DNA of 64,000 bases, taken from NCBI GenBank assembly GCA_030390025.1, contig CM059432.1:8618001-8682000 (forward strand). Direction: 5' to 3'. The notes under the pieces were generated by a model. That model ran no database searches, was not told where the DNA came from, and saw only the letters and a program-made list of their open reading frames with translations. Every line of letters starts with the position of its first letter. Position 1 is the first letter of the stretch. The position numbers and the translations under genes were made by a program. Below are positions 51,247 to 61,556 of this stretch, one piece after another. The DNA is from Squalus acanthias. Taxonomy: Eukaryota.

Positions 51247-51720
51247 CTGCGGTTATTTTATTTTACCGAAATGCATCACCTCACACTTACTGGCATTGAC
51301 GGTCAGTTTGTCTATGAATCCAGTGCTCATGAATAAGCGAAGATGAAGTTCGATGTAAGATAAGCAGAGCGGATGCTCTGCAGGAAGTGGCATTGCTCGG
51401 AGATGACTTTCACCGCGCTTTGTATACCGGGGGCTCATATCAGTTGCATTGCATGCCCCGTGTGCTTGCACTGTTCTGGATGACTGACACAAGTTATAGC
51501 TTATCTTGGGGACGATTCACGTTAGGGAGGCTGACTGCTGCTGCGATGCTGTTGGTTTTCTTGCTTCAGGCGGTCAGAGGCCATTAAGCAGCGCTCTGAG
51601 TGTACGCGCATGGCGTGCTGCCTTCCACAGCTTCACAGTGGTGCAAGGTGGCAAAGTAAATGGAGCTCCTTTCTCCGGCTCCTGTGAAATATGAAGCAAC
51701 ACAATGTGAACAAAGTGTAT
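51247..51720 (-). repeat. Copy 2 of the ~470-bp inverted duplication
   Basis: Reverse complement of 10470-10942. Confidence 0.95.
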
Positions 51721-52851
51721 ATTTTAAATTTAGTCTCAGAAAAATTTTCTTTAAAAAAATATAGCAGCAAAACTGAACAGTAATGCAACCGCAACAACAA
51801 CAACAACTTGCATTTATAGAGCGCCTTTAAAGTAGTAAAACGTCCCAGGGCGCTTCATACGAGCGATTATCAAACAAAATTTGGCACCGAGTCACATAAG
51901 GAGATATTAGGACAGGTGACCACAAGCTTGGTCAAAGAGGATGATGTTAAAGACCTCTAACAGGTCACCCCCTCAGTCTTCACTTTTCGAGAGAAAAGAG
52001 CCCCAGCCTGTTCGATCTTTCCTGATATGTATAACCTCTTAGTTCTGGTATTATCCTTGTAAATCTTTTTTTAGCACCGTCTCCAGTGCCTCTATATAAT
52101 TTCTGTAATATTGAGACGAGAACTGTGCACTTATGACACTGCGATCTTTTTAACTTTAATCATCAATAATAAATAACACTATAGAAAAGTATTCCATAAT
52201 AGGAATGCCAATAATATTTAGTAACTTGCAAGTGCTCATTTAGAATTCCCTATGTCCATAATTACTTGCTGTGCTTCATGTAAATAAATTAGTTATTGGA
52301 TTTCTGTTGCCTGGAAGTCTTACTATAAAAGCCTATTATTCATACATAGCCCAAAGTCAATTCATGCAAACAATATTTCATGTCTCAGTACATGATTCTT
52401 CCACTTCCAGTTGCTCAGAGTCATTCCTATAAAACCTTCAGCAAAAAGAAGGGTGAAGATGTTGAAGATGGTGCTGAGATGTTAGGGCAAGGTAGCGTAC
52501 CCACAGTGTTTGAGAGTAAGGGATCTGGTAGGTGTCCATTGTTCTGTAGAACAATGGGCGAACTTTACAGTAATGTCAGGATCTTCTATCTTAGAATTGA
52601 TAGGGTGACCTGTAGGTTTGGATAACCTTTAAATGTGTATTATAGTTGCGTTAGAAGCTATGCTATTAAAATGTAACTGTAACTGCAAGGTATGGTGGGA
52701 AGCTTGACCAAAATCAGACCAAAGCGTAGTGTCAGCATTTAACAGTAGCAGTAGTTGTAATAAAGTTTCCCCACGAAACCTTGAATCAGGAACAATGAAC
52801 AAAGATAATGGTCAAAAATGAGAATTCGCACAACACCAGGTTATAGTCCAA

Positions 52852-53744
52852 GGGGTAAAAATTCAGTTGGTTGCGCCTCCCGTTAGCGCCTTAAGAGGGT
52901 GCTAATGGGGCGCAAAGCCGCTAACGCCCGGGCGCAGCGATGTTTGCGCCGCTCGAGAACTTAATTTGAGATTGTGCGGCGGCGCTAAACTTTACCGCTG
53001 CGACCACCTGCGCGCGCAGATTGTGACGTCATTCCATGGTGCAACGCCCTTGTGGCGCCCCGGAGCGGAAATTGAGTGGCGCCCCCTGCCTTACCGCCTG
53101 GCACATCCAATGACCAGAAGACTGGAACGCTATCAATCGCTGTGGGGCTGGGGGGGGCGCTATTTAAAGGGGGCCTCTTCCTGTCTTTTATTGTTGGTGG
53201 CATTTTTGAACTACGCATTCTGAGAGAGAGAGGGAGAGACTTCTGGAGAGATTCAACGTTGTGTGAAGGAGTTTTGGGTACTGAGCAGCACTTTGCAGGT
53301 TCATTTTGATTTGCCATTCCTTGTATCGATTTAGCAGAGACTGTGGGAGCTGCACTCTGAGCTCTTTGCCTGGTACTCTCCATTGTTCTTTCCAGCACAT
53401 TTGATGTGCAAGTCTCTCCAGGCCGAGATTCAAGGCTGCAATGAACAGGATGTGGATGGAAAGCAAGATTAACCATCCCCTTTAAGAACTGGCCCGTGCC
53501 ATTGTGTGTGTGTTCCATTGCTGACTGACATTACATGAGCTTCGCCAGCACTCTGAGTTAGTGCATCACTCCTTGGCCTTTGCGCCTTAAGACAGGTGTG
53601 CAGCACCTGATTTAGCGCTCCACTCACCTCCCGGGGCGGTAAAAGTGAAGTTTCCAGTCAGTGCCGATAATTAGCGCCAGGCGCTAATATTTGCGTCCAG
53701 ACGATATTTGCGCCCCAAATGGGGCGCGACCTAATTTCTACCCC
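52852..53744. mobile_element. Harbinger-type non-autonomous element, 893 bp
   Basis: TIR GGGGTA(A/G)AAATT, TSD CAA; removal restores TTATAGTCCAACAG. Confidence 0.9.
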
Positions 53745-53763
53745 CAACAGGTTTATTTGAAAT

Positions 53764-53798
53764 TACGAGCTTTCGGAGCGCTGCTCCTTCATCAGGTA
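53764..53798 (-). ncRNA. Minimal type I hammerhead ribozyme
   Basis: TAC-CTGATGA-A-GGAGC agc GCTCC-GAAA-GCTC-GTA. Confidence 0.78.
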
Positions 53799-54114
53799 CA
53801 GTGAGGGAATTCCGAAAGCTCGTAATTTCAAATAAAACTGTTGGACTATAACCTGGTGTTGTGCGACTTTTCATTTTTGTCCACCCCAGTCCAACACCGG
53901 CATCTCCGCATCAAAGATAATGGTAACTGGAGACTGGATAAGATAAACAAAATTGCAGAAAGGCAGATGTAAGGACCTTGGGTCCAGGACAGTTAAACCA
54001 TTGTAAATTTGAGAGACTTCGGTGCGCTGAAGGCTCTCCCCTGCATGCTTGTAATAAAGTTTCTCTCATATCACAGCCTACCCGTGACTCCGATTGGTTT
54101 CTTCCACAACAACT

Positions 54115-54132
54115 TGGCGTAGTCGGCAGGAT
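54115..54132 (+). promoter_or_regulatory. ERV primer-binding site, tRNA-Ser
   Basis: TGGCGTAGTCGGCAGGAT is the 18-nt complement of the vertebrate tRNA-Ser(AGA/TGA) 3' end ATCCTGCCGACTACGCCA. Confidence 0.93.
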
Positions 54133-54301
54133 CCGCTGCTAGTACCAGAACAAGGGCACCGTTCCGGGACCAACAGACAAAGTGGGGTGAGTACGTTCAT
54201 TTATACCACCCAGTAGTTAGGTCTGTGGGCACGGAGCGGTCCCTCGGACTATCAGGGATCTCGAACAATACGGAGTCAGAACGGCTGTCATGTGAGAGAG
54301 A

Positions 54302-54434
54302 TGATGCGGAGATGCCGGCGTTGGACTGGGGTGGACAAATGTGAGAAGTCGCACAACACCAGGTTATAGTCCAACAGTTTTATTTGAAATCACAAGCTTT
54401 CGGAGCGCTGCCCCTTCGTCAGGTGAAGTCACTT
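54302..54434 (-). mobile_element. Short Penelope-type insertion in the ERV leader
   Basis: TSD ATGTGAGAGAGA (54290-301, 54435-46). Confidence 0.85.
54391..54425 (-). ncRNA. Minimal type I hammerhead ribozyme
   Basis: CAC-CTGACGA-A-GGGGC agc GCTCC-GAAA-GCTT-GTG. Confidence 0.78.
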
Positions 54435-54572
54435 ATGTGAGAGAGAGAGAGGGCAACGTTGCAAAGTGGTTGTGGTCGCCGACGGCCAGGTGAGGGCCGG
54501 GGGAGAGAGCTTAACGGGTGTCTCTCGGGGGGTAGGAGACCCCCGCGATTTCTAAAGACTTAAGTAGGTAAG

Positions 54573-55432
54573 ATGGCCGAGGGAAAGCCAGATCCTCAGG
54601 GATCCATAACAGAGTATTTTGTTAAATAAACATGACAAGGTAATAAAAAGAACGGTAAAGGAAGGCTGGGAGCCTGAATGGATTCCCGACCGGCAAAAAG
54701 ACTGGTGGAGCAAGGAAAGCAAAAATAAGGAGGAGAAAGCAATAGTGGTTCATTGCCAGGTCCACCGAAAAATGTGTAAGATGGGAGCGACACAGGAGAA
54801 GGAAAAAAAGGAGTTAGTGGAACAGTTTAAAAAGGCAAAGAAGATAGGCGCCAAGTGTGCCGCTGTAATGAAGATAAGGTCAGCGCAAAGTGGAAGGAAT
54901 GAGAGTGATGAGGGTGATTGGGATCATTTGGAAGAAGAGGCAGCAGAATGGGAGCACCATGATGACGAACCGCCAGATTACGAGATAACTGGTGAGGGTC
55001 TATATCCGTCACTAAATGGATTGGTCGCAGTGACGGAGAGCTAAGTCAGCCCCAATTGAAACCCAACGGAGACAGATCGCTAGCGCAGCTGACCCCCGCC
55101 AATCCACGGATACTGATAACGACCGTACACAAACCCTTTACACCAGGGGAAAAACAACGAATATTGGCGGATCTCCCGGTCCCATGGCAACCCCGAGTTT
55201 TGGCGGAGATTGGAGGAAATGATAGACATACACTGTATGCATCCAAAAGACATACATGTCCTGGGGAAGGCGAAGTGCCCTGGGAATGTATGGGAGAGTT
55301 GTGCCCCGAATGTTCGGGACGGAACTTGGACAGGCTCCTTGGTGGCAGACAGGGACAGCGCCATCAGTACCCTCCCTCACCCCGGATCAGATTTTAGAAA
55401 TAATTAAATTGGCCTCTAAGGCTGATAAATAG
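54573..55432 (+). pseudogene. gag: ERV gag, disrupted and short
   Basis: ATG at 54573 (MAEGKPDPQGS), basic MA-like region, PPDY late-domain-like motif, capsid-like KPFTPGEKQRILADLP; several stops and frameshifts; assigned mainly by position. Confidence 0.7.
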
Positions 55433-56750
55433 GTCGCCTCGGCCCCCTCAGGCAGCTCAGGCGACCCCCGGATAGACACCACAGCATTGTTAGGGGGCCG
55501 GCAGTGTGAGATGTTGGTGGACATGGGAGCGTCTGTATCGATAACCGACCAACCTTTACCAACTTCGAATAAAACACTGTATATAACTGGAGTAGGAGGC
55601 AACTCAGTTAAGGCAAGAAGAAGTGAGTCACAATTGTTGGAATTGGGAGGAATTTTAATACCGGTCCACTTCTGGGTTTGTCCGACTAACAAGGAAACAA
55701 TATTGGGGATTGACATATTAAGAGAAGCGGGGGCAATAATTGATCCAGGGCGGGGGAAAGTTGCGCGGCGGACTGGCAGAGGAAACAGAAAGCACAGCCA
55801 CGGACCGAGAGCCGCAACTCAATATACCACCATGGTGGCCTCCGCCACCCCTATCACACGGGACTGGGCAGCTGAGGGCGTCTTTGGGCTTGTGTGTTCC
55901 CAATTTCCGGAGGTATGGGCTAGACATAAACAGGATTGCGGGAAGGTCGATATGACACCCGTCGTGGTCGAGGGGGAAACTCACAAACCACATAAACAAT
56001 ATCCTATTAAACCAGAGGCGAGATCAGCGGTGCAGGCAATAGTTCACGAACTACTGAAGGAGGGTATATTAAAAAAGACCACTTCAACGCCGAACTCCCC
56101 GGTATGGCCGGTTAGGAAACCGGATGACTCCAGGCGTCTTACGATAGATTATACTGCGCTAAATAAATGCATCCCGAGACTGCACCCAACTGTAGCGAGC
56201 CCGGCAACAATTTCCAATGGTCTTAGCCCAGAACATAACATTTTTACGGTATTGGATGTTTCCAATGGATTTTGGAGTCTGCCTTTGGCTCCAGAGTCAC
56301 AAAGCAAGTTTGCGTTCACTGTGGCAGACCAGCAGTATACTCGGACCCGGCTGCCACAGGGATTCCACAATAGCCCCGCTATATTCCACAAAGCAATGGC
56401 CCAAGCTTTGGCCGGAGTGGAACTGACCCCGTACGGGAGTAGAGTGCTCCAGTACGTGGACGATTTACTGATCGCGTCTACCTCCAAAAAGGGGCACTGT
56501 GGTGCCTTGGTGTGCATACTAGAGGCCCTTCAGAAACAAGGATTGAAGATTAGTCCAAAGAAAGCACAAATTGGGCAGGGGACAGTGCAGTACCTGGGAC
56601 ACACAATTACACAAGGGCACAAAGCTATGTCGGAAGATCAGAGACAGGCAATTAGTGAGATGCCTCGTCCGATTAATGTACAGGGGGTCTGGAAGGTAAT
56701 GGGTTTGTTCAACTACTGTAGCAATTTTATACCTAATTTTGCGCCGATTA

Positions 56751-59146
56751 GAACATAAGAACATGAGAAATAGAGCAGGAGTAGGCCAATCGGCCCCTCG
56801 AGCCTGCTCCGCCATTCAATAAGATCATGGCTGATCTGATCCTAACCTCAAATCTAAAGAACACAAGAAGTAGGAGCAGGACCCGGCCACTCAGCCCCTG
56901 GGCCCGCTCTGCCACCCACAGGGCCCTGACCAATCCGAACTCAGCCTCATGTCCAATTTGCTGCCCGCTCCCTGTAACCCCTAATTCCCTTTACTTCTAG
57001 GAAACTGTCTATTTCTGTTTTAAATTTATTTAATGATGTAGCTTCCACAGCTTCCTGGGGCAGAAAATTCCACAGACCTACTACCCTCTGAGTGAAGAAG
57101 TTTCTCCTCATCTCAGTTTTGAAAGAGCAGCCCCTTATTCTAAGATTATGCCCCCTAGTTCTAGTTTCACCCATCCTTGGGAACATCCTTACCGCATCCA
57201 CCCAATCAAGCCCCTTCACAATCTTATATGTTTCAATAAGATCGCCTCTCATTCTTCTGAACTTCAATGAGTAGAGTCCCAATCTACTCAACCTCTCCTC
57301 ATATGTCCATCCCCTCATCCCCGGATTAACCGAGTGAACCTTCTTTGTACTGCCTCGAGAGCAAGTATGTCTTTTCTTAAGTATGGACACCAAAACTGTA
57401 TGCAGTATTCCAGGTGCGGTCTCACCAATACAACTGCAGCAATACCTCCCTGTTTTTATAATCTATCCCCCTAGCAATAAAAGCCTACATTCCGTTGGCC
57501 TTCTTGATCACCTGCTGCACCTGCATACTAACTTTTTGATTTTCTTGCACTAGGACCCCCCAGATTCCTTTGTACTGCAGTACTTTCCAGTTTCTCGCCA
57601 TTAAGATAATAACTTGCTCTCTGATTTTTCCTGCCAAAGTGCATAACCTCACATTTTCCAATATTGTATTGCATCTGCCAAATCTCCGCCCACTCACCCA
57701 GCCTGTCTATATCCCCTTGTAGGTTTTTTATGTCCTCCTCACGTTCTACTTTCCCTCCCATCTTTGTATCATCTGCAAACTTTGATATGTTACACTCGGT
57801 CCCCTCCTCCAAATCGTTAATATAGATTGTAAAGAGTTGGGGACCCAGCACCGACCCCTGCGGAACACCACTGGCTACTGGTTGCCAGTCCGAGAATGAA
57901 CCATTTATCCCAACTCTCTGCTTCCTGTTAGATAACCAATCCTCCACCCATGCCAGAATATTACCCCCAATCCAGTGATTTTTTATCTTGAGCAATAATC
58001 TTTTATGTGGCACCTTGTCGAATGCCTTCTGGAAGTCTAAATACACTACGCCCACTGGTTCCCCTTTATCCACCCTGTACGTTATCTCCTCAAAGAACTC
58101 AAGCAAAATTTGTCAGACATGACTTCCCCTTCATAAAGCCATGCTGACTTTGTCCTATTAAATTATGTTTATCTAAATGTTCCGTTACTGTCTCCTTAAT
58201 AATAGACTCCAAAATTTTACCCACCACAGATGTTAGGCTAACTGGTCTATAATTTCCAGCCTTCTGCCTACTACCCTTTTTAAATAAGGGTGTTACATTA
58301 GCAGTTTTCCAATCTGCCGGGACCTTTGCTGAGTCCAGGGAATTTTGGAAAATTATTACCAAAGCATCCACAATCCCTACTGCCACTTCCCTCAAGACCC
58401 TAGGATGTAAGCCATCAGGTCCAGGGGATTTATCCGCCTTGAGTCCCATTATTTTACTGAGTACCAATTCCTTAGTGATTTTAATCATATTTAGCTCCTC
58501 CCCGCCTAGAGCCCCCTGTTTGTCCAGTGGTGGGATATTCTTAGTGTCCTCTACCGTAAAGACTGAAACAAAATATTTGTTCAGCATTTTTGCCATCTCC
58601 ATGTTTCCCACCATTAATTTCCCGGTCTCATCCTCTAAGGGACCTACGTTTGCCTTAGCCACCCTTTTTCTTTTTATATAACTATAGAAACTCTTGCTAT
58701 CTGTTTTTATATTTTTTGCTAATTTATTTTCATAATCTATCTTCCCTTTCTTAATCAATCCTTTAGTTACTTTTTGCTGTCTTTTGAAGACTTCCCAATC
58801 TTCTATCCTCCCACTAAGTTTGGCTACCTTATATGTCCTTGTTTTTAGTCGGATACTATCCTTAATTTCTTTACTTAACCACGGATGGCTGTCATTTCTT
58901 TTACACCCTTTTTTCCTCAGTGGAATTTATTTTTTTTGAAAGTTGTAAAATAACTCCTTAAATGAACACCACTGCTCATGTACCGTCTTACCCTTTAATC
59001 TATTTTCCCAGTCCACTTTAATCAATTCCGCTCTCATACCATCATAGTCTCCTTTATTCAAGCTCAGTACGCTTGTTTGAGAACCAACCTTCTCACCCTC
59101 TAATTGGATATGGAATTCAACCATGTTATGGTCACTCATTCCACTC
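56751..59146 (-). mobile_element. 2.4-kb CR1 LINE inserted in ERV pol
   Basis: ORF2 motifs [28 protein letters not shown] duplicated at 56747-50 and 59147-50; pol reads NFAPI-MAPTQ across it. Confidence 0.96.
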
Positions 59147-60142
59147 ATTATGGCACCAACACAGAATTTGATAAAAGGGGGTAAGGCCCCGCTAGAATCA
59201 GTGGACTGGAAACGGGAGCAAGAAAAAGCATACAGAATGATTAAACTCGCTCTAACCTCGGCCCCGGCACTGGGTCTCCCGGATATGTCAAAACCCTTTC
59301 ACACTCATTGCGATGGTGAGGGGGCATTTTATAATGCAGCAGTGACTCAAACCCACGGTGACCGCCACCGGCCCGTGGCCTATTACTCAACACGGCAATC
59401 CGCGGTAGCAGCGGGATTCCCCCGCTGCGTGGCAGCACTGGACTGCGCCGCTTGGGCGGTCCAGGTGAGTGAACCGGTGGTGACGGCCGGGCAATTGATC
59501 TTGCACACCCAACACACTCTGGTAGAGCTACTTAATACTGGAAGGTTAAGAGCAGTATCAGCTAGCCGAAGAGCAGCATGGGAAGCGGTACTTATCCCAA
59601 AGGATAAGTCCGTACAGATTGTTAAAGATGGTGGATTAAACCCTGCGGGCGGCATATTAACGGAAGGAGAAGAACATCAGTGTGAACTAGCGGGAGAGGA
59701 TGAGGAAAGTTGTGGGGTAAAAGATAGCCCACTTGAAGGGGGGTGTGAAGTGATGTTTGTCGACGGTTCGAGGAAATTTGTAAGCGGTACACCCCATACG
59801 GGATGGGCAGTCGTGAGCAAGGACGGTCGGGTGGTCCGACAAGGGGCTCTGGAAGGAGGGGACTCCACCCAGGTAGCGGAACTGGCAGCTCTTATCGAAG
59901 CATTACGGGCTTGTCAAGGGAAACGAGTGAATATTTACACCGATAGTCGGTACGCGTTCGGCGTAGTCCACCATTATATGGCCTCATGGGCCCGAAGGGG
60001 GTTTATAACATCCTCAGGGGGGGTCACATTAAACATGAAGTGCCAGTAAAGGCACTGGTGGAGGCTGCAGGGCTCCCACTGGAGGGAGCAGTAGTCAAGG
60101 CAAAAGCACATCAGAAGGGGGACGATTGGATACAGAAAGGAC

Positions 60143-60303
60143 TGTCCAGGGAGAGTATAAATACTCGGGCATGGGCCCAGCTTGCTTAGGACATTCCTCA
60201 ACAGGAACTAGTGAAGGACACAACTAGATCTCCATGTTGAAAAACAGTTGATTAAAGCTTTGTTTAACGCTTAGAGCAAGTGCCTAGTAGTTTTCTTACG
60301 TCA
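60143..60303 (+). other. Foreign LTR-like fragment replacing the end of RNase H
   Basis: TATAAA at 60156, ATTAAA at 60251, ends in CA; interrupts pol after KAHQ...QKG. Confidence 0.5.
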
Positions 60304-61556
60304 CTCCCTTCTCCGGCCCCGGTGGCAGCTTGCGCTATCGGACCAGAGGAAGTAAATACGGTGCAACTGCACAAAGATACGTCAAACGAAGAGAGAGAGG
60401 TATGGGAAAGACAAGGGGCAAAGGAAGATGTGACTGGGGTATGGAAGTTAGAAGGGGCAGACCAGGTGGTAGCCCCCGAGTGTATCAGGCAGAATTTACT
60501 AGAAATCTATCATGGGGATATACATCAGGGAAAGCATGGGATGCTGCACTCACTAAGGAGATGCTGGTGGTGGCCGGGCATGGGCAGGGACGTGACAAAG
60601 CACTGTCAGAGGTGCCTGATCTGTGCGCAGTATAACCCAGGAAAGGGGATAAATGTTCGTATGGGAAATCAACCGAGACCGAAGGGACCATGGGGAAACC
60701 TACAAATCGCTTTCACCGGTCCCCTTCCAAAGAGTAGGGGAAAGACCTACTGCCTGGTAATAATGGATCACTTCACTCGCTGGGTAGAGGCCTTCCCAAC
60801 ACAGAAATTGCACCGCCGATACGGCCGCAAGAATCTTGGCAGAGGAGGTGATACCCCGGTGGGGGGTCCCCCTACAAATAGATTCTGACCAGGGGACCCA
60901 CTTTATGGGTAGGGTCATGAAGATGGCATGTCAGTTATTGGGGGTAAAGCAGAGGTTCCACATACCTGACCACCCTCAGAGTTCCGGAATGGTGGAACGT
61001 ATGAATAGAACCCTGAAAACAGCTATAGCAAAAGCGATTGTGAGCACGGGTAAGAACTGGGTGGATGTCCTCCCGACCCCCCAACCGGACAATAGGACTG
61101 AGTCCATCTGAATTAATGACTGGGAGGGCTATGAGATTACCAGAAGGGGTGATAGAAGGGTGTAGTGAAACAGGGCCGCTGAGGGATAGAATTACACGGT
61201 ATGTTGCGGAGTGATGTAAACAGCTTCAAGGGATGAAAGTGGAAGTAAAGCAGCAGCAAGAAGCGACAGATCGACACGGGCACGGGCCTGAACCCGAGTC
61301 ATCGGGGCTCCCAACGGTGGGAGACAGGGGAATGGTAAAAGGGGTGCCGTCCAAACCGGGACTGGCGCCTCGGTGGTCTGGGCCTTACACGGTCCTAATG
61401 ACCAGCGATACATGTGTGTGTGTTTGGACATACGAAAGGGGGTAGGTGGAAACATTGGTCCCAGGTTAAGCCGTGTGACTCACATTCTGTTTCTACCAAC
61501 AGGAAAGCTAGCAGCAGATCTCTTAATTACTTTGTTTCAGATAAACCTATCTCACA

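Larger units (their letters stand above)
52813..53911. mobile_element. Penelope-type fold-back insertion in the ERV LTR
   Basis: TSD CAAAGATAATGGT (52800-12, 53912-24); two inverted copies of the same short element. Confidence 0.85.
52460..54111 (+). repeat. ERV 5' LTR (about 540 bp net of nested insertions)
   Basis: TGTTG...CAACA inverted ends, AATAAA at 54053-58, PBS 3 nt downstream; the start is less certain than the end. Confidence 0.7.
55433..61478 (+). pseudogene. pol: ERV pro-pol, split by a CR1 insertion
   Basis: LVDMGAS (mutated DTG), LPQGFHNSP, YVDD, tether RPVAYYS, RNase H FVDGS/AEL/YTDS, integrase HHCC, IDSDQG...VERMN, and RWSGPY. Confidence 0.95.

Noticed and set aside
10470..51720. 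Giant TIR element (Polinton/Teratorn-like) bounded by the inverted duplicates
   Set aside because: No TSD at the outer ends, the repeats include CR1 sequence, and no polymerase, capsid or matching transposase genes lie inside
17926..58681. Antisense ORFs over CR1 copies (e.g. 17926-18363, 58439-58681)
   Set aside because: Shadow frames of LINE ORF2, not independent genes
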